From: an uncultured virus (IMG/VR IMGVR_UViG_2140918032_000035)
Lineage: Duplodnaviria > Heunggongvirae > Uroviricota > Caudoviricetes
Virus record (IMG/VR): IMGVR_UViG_2140918032_000035
Reading direction: 5' to 3' (one strand)
Length of the DNA stretch: 64,000 nucleotides
Shown piece after piece: positions 44,183 through 53,394 of this stretch. The notes under the pieces were generated by a model, which had not been told where the DNA came from, ran no database searches, and was given only the letters and a program-made list of their open reading frames with translations. A program made the translations under genes and the position numbers. Numbering within the stretch: the stretch's first letter is position 1; the number at the start of each line of letters is the position of its first letter.

Positions 44183-44614
44183 ATGGCAGAAGAAAATAAA
44201 GGAACCAACATTACCGTTATCGGTTTTATCACCAGCTCGATACTGACCGGTACTACGACTCTTCGTTTTCCGGATACCCAGAACGGTGTCCAGGCTGCTT
44301 CTTTTGAAGACATAATGGATGATGTCCATTACCGCATTACCGAACTGACTCCATCCGATGTTATCGCAGGTCTTGACGATTTTGAAGACAAGCACAACCT
44401 CAGTGGAGACGACTGTTTGAACTTTGAGGAGTTTGTCTGTAAGCAGATCGAGTCCACGATGGAGCAGAACGCTCTTGAGATCGAAGAACTCTCGTTCACA
44501 CCTTATTACGAGGGCGGATACAACTTCATCGGATGGGATACTCATGTTACCTTAAACATGACGCTTGAACGCTGCCTGGAGCAGTTTCAGGCTCAACAGA
44601 TCGGGAGGTCATAA
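44183..44614 (+). CDS. Highly acidic hypothetical protein (ends IGRS), paralog of 42146
   Basis: SD GAGGAGG. Confidence 0.75.
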   Translation: MAEENKGTNITVIGFITSSILTGTTTLRFPDTQNGVQAASFEDIMDDVHYRITELTPSDVIAGLDDFEDKHNLSGDDCLNFEEFVCKQIESTMEQNALEIEELSFTPYYEGGYNFIGWDTHVTLNMTLERCLEQFQAQQIGRS

Positions 44615-44616
44615 GT

Positions 44617-45021
44617 ATGAATGCGTTTGATACTGCACTTAACAAATACCTCGACTTACAGGCAATAATACCTGACAAAGTAGAAGACGATCGTGCTGTT
44701 GCCAGAACGACCATCCGCGACTCGATAACCAGGATGTTCTATGCGATGCCCGGCGGTAACTGTCAGCTGCTCAACTGCACAGGCGGTATCGTGGCTGACG
44801 GCAATGTCCTCGCAACCGGTACGGAGGTCTTTCCTGACGGCAGTGAGCTCTACCCGGTGTTCCACGCTATCCGTTATAAGTGCCCGCAGCTGGATCTCGG
44901 TGTTCTCGTCGAGGATCTGGTTTACGCACAGTACCAGAAATGCGGAGGCACCGAGTTCCCCGATCCTGCCGAGCTTTGTGCCGCTATCCGCATGACATTA
45001 AACAACTTCAGAGGTAACTGA
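44617..45021 (+). CDS. Hypothetical protein
   Basis: ORF with SD GGGAGG. Confidence 0.75.
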   Translation: MNAFDTALNKYLDLQAIIPDKVEDDRAVARTTIRDSITRMFYAMPGGNCQLLNCTGGIVADGNVLATGTEVFPDGSELYPVFHAIRYKCPQLDLGVLVEDLVYAQYQKCGGTEFPDPAELCAAIRMTLNNFRGN

Positions 45022-45022
45022 T

Positions 45023-45505
45023 ATGCAGAACCGTGAGTATAACAAGATACTGCTGCCGACCATTACAGCCAAGCAGCTTACCGAACTTAAAGAACACCTT
45101 TCAATGAACGGCTATGGTGCGGGCTTTGATGAGTCGGGCAATATGATGACCGTTCACGAATGCGAATACTATGAAGTTCAGACTATCCTGGAAGACCGTG
45201 GCATTGATTTCTATGATGTGGCCTTCTGGAGCGAAGATGTTACTTCCGAGCAAAGCAAAGTGACGCTCACCTACGACTATGACTTTAATGACCAAGGTAA
45301 GATCCTCAATGCCAAGACTTTCTCCGTTGACGGCTGGTGGCTCAGACATCTCTGGGATACAACACCCAAGATGCCTACTGAAGTCGAGGAGTTTTCTTTC
45401 TGGCTTGAAGCGTTCGATCCGAAGACTGACGGCAAGCTCGTTTATGACCAGGCTGTCAAAGAAGGCGCTATCTTCATTGACGGCCCTTCGATTACTTGGA
45501 GGTAA
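45023..45505 (+). CDS. Acidic hypothetical protein
   Basis: ORF with SD; C-terminal half resembles 49368. Confidence 0.75.
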   Translation: MQNREYNKILLPTITAKQLTELKEHLSMNGYGAGFDESGNMMTVHECEYYEVQTILEDRGIDFYDVAFWSEDVTSEQSKVTLTYDYDFNDQGKILNAKTFSVDGWWLRHLWDTTPKMPTEVEEFSFWLEAFDPKTDGKLVYDQAVKEGAIFIDGPSITWR

Positions 45506-45508
45506 ATT

Positions 45509-46111
45509 ATGTTGAGTTATTTTTCCATTGCTCCCCACCGGGAAGAAACTGTCCAGCAATATGTCAAAAGGCAAGTTGACATACGCAAACAGAACCACGA
45601 AATGCACAACAGGACTCCGTATGTTCTTAACGAAGATGATAAAGCGGAGATTCAGCAGAATGTGGTTAAGTATTTTGGCCGTTCGTCGATCGTTGATCCC
45701 AAAGATTTAAGGGCTTTTGCAAGAGACCTGTTAGACGGAAAATATGCTACTTCTTCTCCTTTTGCCCAACTTGCGAAAGACATTGAAACCTTTATGTTTT
45801 TGCGTGGCGAATACGAAGAAAAAGCAGAAGACAGGATCCGCTGGATTGCCCCGGCCTTAGAGCACGATCAGTGTTTTCTGGATGTCGGCACTCTAACTTA
45901 TGAGCGTGTTGCATCAGAAAGAGAAAGAGTCTGCTATTTGATAGGCCAGGTTCTCGATGGCACGGCTCCCCAAGAGCTGGGAGGGATAGGCCCGTTGATA
46001 GATTACTTTTCAGACCAAAAAGCCGAAATGTTCGATAACAACGAACTGCTCTTTTCTGCAGGAAGGATATACCAGCAACTTTGTGATATGTCCTTTGGCA
46101 GAGGCGCATAA
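45509..46111 (+). CDS. Hypothetical protein (ends FGRGA)
   Basis: ORF with SD GGAGGT. Confidence 0.75.
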   Translation: MLSYFSIAPHREETVQQYVKRQVDIRKQNHEMHNRTPYVLNEDDKAEIQQNVVKYFGRSSIVDPKDLRAFARDLLDGKYATSSPFAQLAKDIETFMFLRGEYEEKAEDRIRWIAPALEHDQCFLDVGTLTYERVASERERVCYLIGQVLDGTAPQELGGIGPLIDYFSDQKAEMFDNNELLFSAGRIYQQLCDMSFGRGA

Positions 46112-46123
46112 AGGAGGTCTCTT

Positions 46124-46627
46124 ATGGATAAATTGAGTTCCATCATCAAGGACGCTCTTTCCGGCCCTGCCAAATACTACCCGGAGCAGGGTATCGGTGT
46201 TGGTTATCTCTTACCTGCGGGGACAGTCAAGGCTTCGTTTATTCAGGCTGGATCCTATGTCGGGCCTGAGAAAGAATATATGAAAGCCGATCAGGTCGTC
46301 CGCACTTATTATCGTGATAAGGACAAGGTCAAATCCCTTGTGCATCTGGGTTTCCTTTCTTCTGTCGGTGAAGAACCGACGCTGTGGGCTCCGGATAATA
46401 CTGCAGGCAAATGCTGTAAGTCCAGGGCAGACCTTGGCAGCAAGCAGAATATCTTTATGTTTACTGACATTGACGAGTTCTTTAAGAACGGTGTTGAGGA
46501 GATGGGTACTACCGATCTTATGGTCTTTGATGATAAAGGCCATTGGCTTACCAGAGGTGAGTATATCAGCAAAGAGATGGGTATTTCTTTGACTCCTCCG
46601 ACTGACGAGGTAACCAGACTGTTATGA
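46124..46627 (+). CDS. Hypothetical protein
   Basis: SD AAAGGAGGT; YY.D..KV..LV.LG.LSSV pattern. Confidence 0.75.
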   Translation: MDKLSSIIKDALSGPAKYYPEQGIGVGYLLPAGTVKASFIQAGSYVGPEKEYMKADQVVRTYYRDKDKVKSLVHLGFLSSVGEEPTLWAPDNTAGKCCKSRADLGSKQNIFMFTDIDEFFKNGVEEMGTTDLMVFDDKGHWLTRGEYISKEMGISLTPPTDEVTRLL

Positions 46628-46747
46628 AACATGACTTATCAGATAAGAAGAAACAACAGCGTAGGTTGAGAGCCTGTTTGATAATCGGCATCGGGCTTAT
46701 ATTTGTCGGTTGCGTTCTCAACTTCATATATTGACGGAGGTTTTACT

Positions 46748-47320
46748 ATGGACCAGGAGTGGTTAAAAGACAGAATAAGTCGCAGCGCTCTTCAAACAGA
46801 GTTACAGGAAATAAAGACCAGACGGATGAATGAGTTTGGTTCAAAGAGGCGGCTGGTCGCCGAAACTTTTGACGAGTGTATCAAAGAGGTCGCGTTTGCT
46901 TTCCCGGAAGGACAGGACCGTATCGGCCGTGAGGCGTTAAGAAAGACTTTGATAACAAAGCGTGCTGAAAGGGCGAATCAGACCGCATTAGATGATACTG
47001 CTTGGACCATAGCGTCTGTTTTTGAAGAATGTATCAATGCGGTGGAATCTGCTCCGCCTACCGATAAGTGGATTCCCGTCGGTGAGGGGCTCCCTGAGGA
47101 AAATATATGTGATGACGGTTACCACGAACCGAGCGAGTGTGTATTAGTTCAGACATCAAGCGGTCAAATGTATACTTCGAGATATTGGAGCAGAGACAAG
47201 AAAAATGTATGGACTGATCTGAGTTATCCGACAACGGAAGAGGTCGTCGCCTGGCAGCCCTTACCGGAGCAATACAAAGAACCCGAGATAAGCCCGGAGA
47301 TTTTCGGCAGAGGCATGTAA
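46748..47320 (+). CDS. DUF551-like domain protein (ends IFGRGM)
   Basis: WIPVGEGLPE...VVAWQPLPE. Confidence 0.75.
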   Translation: MDQEWLKDRISRSALQTELQEIKTRRMNEFGSKRRLVAETFDECIKEVAFAFPEGQDRIGREALRKTLITKRAERANQTALDDTAWTIASVFEECINAVESAPPTDKWIPVGEGLPEENICDDGYHEPSECVLVQTSSGQMYTSRYWSRDKKNVWTDLSYPTTEEVVAWQPLPEQYKEPEISPEIFGRGM

Positions 47321-47334
47321 AGGAAGGGTGCATT

Positions 47335-47694
47335 ATGAATGAGGACATAATCAGTCGTTCAGAAATGAAAAAGGCTTTTGGCAAGTGGTGGGGTGCTGAT
47401 GATATTCCGGCAACAGTTGTCGAGGATTTAATCGACAGTGCCCAGCCTGTTCAGATATGGACACCGTGCAGTGAAAGGCAACCGGAGTCCGACGGAGTCT
47501 ATTATGTCACCGTCTCCTTTAACGGTAAGTCTATAACGAGAGACCAGGTATTCCACGAAGGGAGATGGCTTCCGTTAGGAAGGCTCCTGGTGAACGGCGT
47601 AAGCGGTGAGCCTGAAGTAATCGCCTGGATGGAAAAACCAGAACCATATAAAGAGCCTGAGATAAGTCAGGAGATCTTCGGCAGAGGCATATAA
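47335..47694 (+). CDS. DUF551-like domain protein (ends IFGRGI)
   Basis: WTPCSERQPE...VIAWMEKPEPY. Confidence 0.75.
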   Translation: MNEDIISRSEMKKAFGKWWGADDIPATVVEDLIDSAQPVQIWTPCSERQPESDGVYYVTVSFNGKSITRDQVFHEGRWLPLGRLLVNGVSGEPEVIAWMEKPEPYKEPEISQEIFGRGI

Positions 47695-47707
47695 AGGAGG
47701 CTTTGTT

Positions 47708-48496
47708 ATGCAGATATTGAGAGATGAATTATTCCAGGCTGTTAAGGAAGCCTGCGAAAAGAGCGGGGCCAAGAAAGTCGATTGGCGATACGAGGAGACC
47801 TCCTGCGAATCATTGGCAAGTTACTCTACAAGGATCAGCACTCAGTCGGATCATTTCTACGAGCAGTTCGTCTATAACATTGACGAAGAAGCAAAGATAA
47901 TCTATATGGAACGCGGATGGGCTTCCGGAGCACAACAGCTGCTTCTCGATTTCGGCAATAACAAGTACCATTACGATACTTATGAGATGCCTGAAGATTA
48001 CTACAACGGTAATCCCGCGTTTGATGAGAACTATGATTGGGAGACTTGGGTAGAGGAACACGAGGTCGATAAGACTTCCAACGAGTTCTTCACTATCCTC
48101 CGATGCTTCGATCTGATGGAAGAAGAGTCCTTTAACGGCAGCATCTTCGGAGACATAAGAGTATCGGATTTTGTAATACCTGATGAAGTTGAAACTGCAG
48201 ATGGTTCTGCTGTGCCGAGTAATCTCGAAAAACTGATGCAGCTCGATCGTGGTACGGTCAACACTGTTGCATCCAACTATGTTAAGACAATGTCTCAAGA
48301 CTTTGCAGAGTCCGACAGATTCGGATCATCCTGGGGTAATCTTCTCGACGAGTATCTCCGGGCAGAGCCTTCGCATCGTGCAGGTATGGACTCTGTAATG
48401 GAAGCCCTGACAGGCAAGACGGTTGAAGAGTTTGCCGGGAAGATCATGTCAGATATAGAAACGGCTCAGCGTGGCGATTTCGGTTGTGGGAGGTAA
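47708..48496 (+). CDS. Acidic hypothetical protein (ends CGR)
   Basis: SD AAAGGAGG; C-terminal domain resembles 48500. Confidence 0.78.
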   Translation: MQILRDELFQAVKEACEKSGAKKVDWRYEETSCESLASYSTRISTQSDHFYEQFVYNIDEEAKIIYMERGWASGAQQLLLDFGNNKYHYDTYEMPEDYYNGNPAFDENYDWETWVEEHEVDKTSNEFFTILRCFDLMEEESFNGSIFGDIRVSDFVIPDEVETADGSAVPSNLEKLMQLDRGTVNTVASNYVKTMSQDFAESDRFGSSWGNLLDEYLRAEPSHRAGMDSVMEALTGKTVEEFAGKIMSDIETAQRGDFGCGR

Positions 48497-48499
48497 CTT

Positions 48500-48787
48500 A
48501 TGAGTTATATTGAAATGCTGGCAGATGAGGGATCCAAGACGAGAGCTGCCCGTAACATCATTTCGGATCTTGCCGCTGCTTACTTTGAAGAAGTCCTGGG
48601 CAAGAACGGTTATGAGTATAAAGACCTCTATGAACAACTCATAGAGAAGTATGACAAAGGTTCTCCTGAAGTCAGGAGTGGCATTGACACTGCCTGCAAG
48701 ATCCTTGTAGGCAAAGACCTTGATGGCATTGCAAGTGAAATACTTGACAGCTATATTGAATATCTTAACGGAGGTAGAAATGTATGA
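48500..48787 (+). CDS. Hypothetical protein (ends GGRNV)
   Basis: R.G.D.....L.GK.....A..I motif shared with 47708. Confidence 0.75.
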   Translation: MSYIEMLADEGSKTRAARNIISDLAAAYFEEVLGKNGYEYKDLYEQLIEKYDKGSPEVRSGIDTACKILVGKDLDGIASEILDSYIEYLNGGRNV

Positions 48788-49350
48788 GTTATGTTAATTT
48801 CGATTCAACCTGGGTTAACAAGGCAATGCCTAAGGTTCCCGGAGACAGCACGCTGAAGTCCCTGACAGGTTACCGCATTGACGGTGAATCAGGCTTCACA
48901 GAAACGCCTAACGGATTCTCTGTACCGTGTACCGTCGAGAGAGTTGAAGATCAGGTAAGGATCCGCTTCGACAACACTTTCTGGGTGCGTTGGAACGGCG
49001 GCCACGGTGATACTGATTACCACAACGAATGGTTCGGTAAGACATCGGTTTACTTCGACGATTATCTCAATCTGTCTGAAGAACCCCTGTGCCCTTTCAT
49101 CGTAGATCTCATGAAGCCTGATACGACCAAGCTCGGTACGATGGCTTACAGGTATGACGAGGAGAAGAAAGAACTCAGCGTATATGTCGGAAGCAATATG
49201 GTGCTTGCACTCGTTCCCGATGTTACGCCCGAGCAATATGCAAACGAGGCTGAGAGAACGCAGCTGATCGAGAAAGGTCTTAATGACCTCGGTTATGTCC
49301 TCGACGACCAGGGCGTTGTCCGTTACGCTGAGAACCTTATTGGCAGATGA
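48784..49350 (+). CDS. Hypothetical protein (ends IGR)
   Basis: N-terminal domain resembles C-terminal part of 12140. Confidence 0.75.
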   Translation: MSYVNFDSTWVNKAMPKVPGDSTLKSLTGYRIDGESGFTETPNGFSVPCTVERVEDQVRIRFDNTFWVRWNGGHGDTDYHNEWFGKTSVYFDDYLNLSEEPLCPFIVDLMKPDTTKLGTMAYRYDEEKKELSVYVGSNMVLALVPDVTPEQYANEAERTQLIEKGLNDLGYVLDDQGVVRYAENLIGR

Positions 49351-49367
49351 CAAGAGGAGGCATTTGT

Positions 49368-49667
49368 ATGAGTGACAAGACTTATGTGACTTTCGAGTTC
49401 GTTACTGCTATGTATTCCAATAATGCAGAGCAGACAACTGAAGTGGAGTTCACTGTGCCTGAAACTTGGGCACGCGATGAATTATTGAAGTTGGCTACTA
49501 CTACACATTTGGGTTTTGCTGACTTCAAATCTTTCGTAGAGAAGTTTGGTGATCTTGATGAAGAAGTTTGCGACCGAGTCCTTCGTGATGCGGCCACAGA
49601 CGGTGTTATCTTCCACACCAACATCGAACTCAACTCGATTGATTCGACTTTACTCGGAGGCAGATGA
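49368..49667 (+). CDS. Acidic hypothetical protein (ends GGR)
   Basis: SD GAGGAGG. Confidence 0.75.
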   Translation: MSDKTYVTFEFVTAMYSNNAEQTTEVEFTVPETWARDELLKLATTTHLGFADFKSFVEKFGDLDEEVCDRVLRDAATDGVIFHTNIELNSIDSTLLGGR

Positions 49668-49668
49668 T

Positions 49669-50043
49669 ATGGCACGCAAAGAACCTTATGACCGTTGGTT
49701 TCAGATAAAGGGTATGAATGACGCTTTTTTGTATCATATCTTTGAGGATCGTCAGTCCGTAAAAGATGTCTTGGAGAAGATTGCCCATGGCGACAAGGAT
49801 TTCAAAGATGTGTTATTCATTCAGTCTTGGTCTCGTGATCGTAAGACGGGCAGTTGGATTGATGAAGAACAGGCTGAAACTTTAACGACAAAACCTATTG
49901 ACCAGATGACGGAGCAAGAGCTCATTGAGGCTTTTGATTGGTGGATGTTCCCGTCGTATGACGGTGAGACTCCTTCTAACATTGCCACTATGGAGTCCGT
50001 TACTTTTGTTGATCCGGATCCTTCTTTGCTGCGACTTTCCTGA
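49669..50043 (+). CDS. Acidic hypothetical protein
   Basis: ATG after SD GGAGG. Confidence 0.72.
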   Translation: MARKEPYDRWFQIKGMNDAFLYHIFEDRQSVKDVLEKIAHGDKDFKDVLFIQSWSRDRKTGSWIDEEQAETLTTKPIDQMTEQELIEAFDWWMFPSYDGETPSNIATMESVTFVDPDPSLLRLS

Positions 50044-50053
50044 GGAGGCTACT

Positions 50054-50581
50054 ATGTACGAGAATGATAAAGAAAACAAAGCACTCAAGAATACTGAGTT
50101 CAAAGATGGTGAGCGTGTTACAGTCACTTTCTATACTCACGAGGAACCGCTGTGTGAGGTGACCGGTATTGTTAAAGCGGGGGATTATCTTGCTGTCGAA
50201 GAGGGCAGCATTCCTCTGGATCTTTCCAAGGTCTATATTGCTCAAGCTCAGCATTGTCCCGATTCCGGTAACCGCGTTTCTTCTTCTGATGAAAATGAAA
50301 AGGCAATTCAGATTCTCGAAGATGCGAAAAGTCTTGTGGTCGGTCAGGCTTACGGGCTTCACGATGCTGTTGAGCGTGCCAAAACGGCTCTTCGTGGACA
50401 GAATGATGTAAATGAGTTCGTTGACGATCTGAAGAGCCGTCTGCAGCGTTACGCGAGCAATCACGGGCACAGTCAGGTTTTAGAAGATGTGTTTCAGATG
50501 CTCTATGCCGCACAACAGTCTCACAAGGATCCTTCTGATCCGTTTGATTTTGAGCACTGTCCTTTCGAGCCTATGAGATGA
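50054..50581 (+). CDS. Hypothetical protein
   Basis: ATG after SD GAGGAGG. Confidence 0.72.
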   Translation: MYENDKENKALKNTEFKDGERVTVTFYTHEEPLCEVTGIVKAGDYLAVEEGSIPLDLSKVYIAQAQHCPDSGNRVSSSDENEKAIQILEDAKSLVVGQAYGLHDAVERAKTALRGQNDVNEFVDDLKSRLQRYASNHGHSQVLEDVFQMLYAAQQSHKDPSDPFDFEHCPFEPMR

Positions 50582-50597
50582 TCGGAGGTTAATCACT

Positions 50598-50888
50598 ATG
50601 GCAAAGATACTTACACCTGAAGAAGATGCTGCCATTTCCGTCCGCAGGCAGCGTGAGCGTCAGTTAGATGTTCAGGGCTGGGATGTCGAAGGTGCAGACG
50701 ATCAGCAGAACAAGTTTTTCAATAACCGTCTCGGGCAGATGTTTTATGCCGATTATTACGGTAATATCACAGAGTCCGATCCGGGTATGACCTTTACCCG
50801 GGATATGCTGGAGTTTATCCGGCTCGAAGGTGAAATATCACAGATCGTGGAACTCGGCATCATACCCGAGTATCAGCAGGGCAGATGA
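50598..50888 (+). CDS. Hypothetical protein (ends QGR)
   Basis: SD GGAGGT. Confidence 0.72.
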   Translation: MAKILTPEEDAAISVRRQRERQLDVQGWDVEGADDQQNKFFNNRLGQMFYADYYGNITESDPGMTFTRDMLEFIRLEGEISQIVELGIIPEYQQGR

Positions 50889-50900
50889 GGAGGTGTCGTT

Positions 50901-51683
50901 ATGCAGACTATTGAACATGTTATGTGCCTGCTTCTCGCCTGTGGAGGCGATATGAAGTTCTTTGACGAGCATCTTGCTGCTTTCCTGCTGCCCGATGCTA
51001 TCCGTATGTATTCCAAGGCTCGTGAATACAGTCACTTTGAAAAGAGTGCCGACGGCACAGATTCATCCTATATGAGATTCCCCGCCGATATGAAACATCT
51101 GTCTGCAGAGACAGTGCAGCAGTCTTTGACTGAAAACTCGCATCTGGTAGAGCATCCGAAGTGCGTTGTCGGTGAGGAGACTGACATCAGTATGTTCCTG
51201 CCTTACAACAATCACTTGCCGGATAATATGAAGACGGGCATCCTGCTCCATCTGGTCCAGGACATAGAGTTCGACGGCTGGATCCGCAGCATCATTGACT
51301 GCAAGGACCGCTACGAAGACAAGTTCGTCTTTGCAGGGCGTGTCTGTGACGGTGCAGAGTGCCGACATATCATATCGGAAATAGAAACACATCTGGCTTA
51401 TGCCCTTGCCAAGAAGGTCTATGAGACTCTGGGCATCGTGTGTAACCAGGATTGGTTCGACGATCATGTGTATCCCGTCCTTATGCGTGATTATCCTGAG
51501 GAGCTGGCCAACAACACTTACAAGTATATGTTGATACCGCAGCTCATCGACAAGTTCATCACAGACCAGGATTGGAAGCTCGTGGAGTCGGATCATTACA
51601 ATGTGCCTTACAAGGAATATCAGTCGATCGTCGAGCGTGAGATCGCAATGACTTCTTATGTCTATGAGATGCGACCGTGCTAA
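50901..51683 (+). CDS. Putative Zn-dependent phospholipase C/P1-nuclease-like hydrolase
   Basis: N-terminal H, LPDAIR, SHF, GILLHLVQD..FD. Confidence 0.55.
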   Translation: MQTIEHVMCLLLACGGDMKFFDEHLAAFLLPDAIRMYSKAREYSHFEKSADGTDSSYMRFPADMKHLSAETVQQSLTENSHLVEHPKCVVGEETDISMFLPYNNHLPDNMKTGILLHLVQDIEFDGWIRSIIDCKDRYEDKFVFAGRVCDGAECRHIISEIETHLAYALAKKVYETLGIVCNQDWFDDHVYPVLMRDYPEELANNTYKYMLIPQLIDKFITDQDWKLVESDHYNVPYKEYQSIVEREIAMTSYVYEMRPC

Positions 51684-51739
51684 TAGTCCGTTTAATGGCA
51701 CAATCATTATTGTATAATCATTTACGAAAGAGGTGCGAT

Positions 51740-52501
51740 ATGTCTAAAGAACATCCAGAAGTAGAAATCTTACGCGCTAACGGTATCTATGTTGACGATG
51801 ACGGTATCTATGATAACGCAGACATAGACGGTATGTTAGCATCACTTAAAGACTCCGACAATCTCAACGACTTCCGCCCGCATCTGAATTGCAGCGATCG
51901 TGACGAAAAAGCGATCCTTGACTGTATCGACGACGGTTCTTACGAGCGCTTCGACCGGTACGATTCGGATGTCTGCGAGATCTTTATATCGGCGTATGAG
52001 AATTGGCTTTCACCTAAGGGTAAGCAATTACTCGATAAAGAGTGCCTTGCCATGGACAAAGCAACTGAGAGATACTTTGACATGGTCTCAACAGTCGAAC
52101 AGTCCCGGGATTGCTGGCCTAATAACCCTCACAGTGCCGATTTTGTCAGCACTATGGTCTTTGGCTTCTACAATAACGCTATCGACAGTGAGGAACACAA
52201 ACTTTTAGGTTCCAGAGATGATACACGGAATGAGATCCTCCTTGCCTATTCAATCTATCGTCTCGATGATGTGCCCGGTAAGGCCGAGCCCGTCTATAAG
52301 GCTTCGCACGAGATCTCACTCGTAAGTACACTTCATCGTAAGCAAGGTCTTATCGCTGTTGCCGAAGATGTAACCTGGATGGTGTATCAGATAAATGGCG
52401 GGAAGGCTATTACAAGTAAACAGGAACTCATCGAGACTATAACTGCTCCTAAGCAGGGCATAGGTGAAAGAACCGAGATTCCTATTGTTCCCGGGAGGTA
52501 A
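51740..52501 (+). CDS. Acidic hypothetical protein (ends PGR)
   Basis: ATG after SD GAGGTG. Confidence 0.75.
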   Translation: MSKEHPEVEILRANGIYVDDDGIYDNADIDGMLASLKDSDNLNDFRPHLNCSDRDEKAILDCIDDGSYERFDRYDSDVCEIFISAYENWLSPKGKQLLDKECLAMDKATERYFDMVSTVEQSRDCWPNNPHSADFVSTMVFGFYNNAIDSEEHKLLGSRDDTRNEILLAYSIYRLDDVPGKAEPVYKASHEISLVSTLHRKQGLIAVAEDVTWMVYQINGGKAITSKQELIETITAPKQGIGERTEIPIVPGR

Positions 52502-52538
52502 AGAATTATGGATAAAAACGCGATTATGGGAGGCACTT

Positions 52539-52844
52539 ATGAGTAACTATAAACAGACCATCAAGTCCGTCGAGAAGGGCGGCATTACTTTTGAAGTCAA
52601 AGAACTTCTGGCTCCTGAGGAGATCTTCACCCGTCACAATTACGAGACCGGTCAGGACGAGGTCGATTGGGTGAACATCGAGTTCCGCAGTCAGTACGGT
52701 TACCGCCACTTCAAGTTCCAGCAGAACCAGCTCTCCTGTGATACGGGAAAGGTCAACTTCATTGACGGCCGCTCGATCGAGTTCAAGACCGATGGCGAAC
52801 TTGAAAAGCGTATAGCCGAAGAACCGTTACGATTCGGATACTAA
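52539..52844 (+). CDS. Hypothetical protein
   Basis: ATG after SD GGGAGG. Confidence 0.7.
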   Translation: MSNYKQTIKSVEKGGITFEVKELLAPEEIFTRHNYETGQDEVDWVNIEFRSQYGYRHFKFQQNQLSCDTGKVNFIDGRSIEFKTDGELEKRIAEEPLRFGY

Positions 52845-52865
52845 TAAAGAAAGGATACAGTAACT

Positions 52866-53321
52866 ATGGAAAAAGGTATTAAGTTGTCGCCCAAGTACGG
52901 TGCAAATCCGACTATGTGTACCTGCTTCTTCTGCGGTAAGGAGACCGGAGAGATAGCATTGCTCGGACACATTCCTGAGCGTAACCAAAACGGCCGTGCC
53001 ATTCCCGGCACCGATGTCGAAGCACCGCACAATATGGTTATGGACTATAATCCCTGTGAGGAGTGCAAGGCACAGATGAACAGAGGCATTACCCTCATCG
53101 GTATCACAGACAAGGCTCCGGATAACAGACCGGCTATCTGCAAGGGTGAAAACGGAGAACTGCTTTATCCCTCGGGAAAGTGGGTAGTGGTTACCGAGGA
53201 TGCTGTCAAGGCTCTTTTCAAGCCCGAAGCAGCTGAAGGCATAATCAACAACCGCGGTGCGAATGTCCTGGACGAGATCCTCGACGACCTCCTCCGCATT
53301 TATGAGTCACACAATATCTGA
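52866..53321 (+). CDS. Zn-finger hypothetical protein
   Basis: CFFC...CEEC. Confidence 0.7.
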   Translation: MEKGIKLSPKYGANPTMCTCFFCGKETGEIALLGHIPERNQNGRAIPGTDVEAPHNMVMDYNPCEECKAQMNRGITLIGITDKAPDNRPAICKGENGELLYPSGKWVVVTEDAVKALFKPEAAEGIINNRGANVLDEILDDLLRIYESHNI

Positions 53322-53394
53322 GACGCCGGGTGGGTAAGAGATAATCAAACTTTCTCTTACCTGCCGCTGCATATAACACTTTGGAGGATTATTC

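Noticed and set aside
46748..47694. Diversity-generating retroelement TR/VR suggested by near-identical 3' ends of the two DUF551-like genes
   Set aside because: The repeat is only about 45 nt, differences are not confined to adenines, and no reverse transcriptase is in the window.
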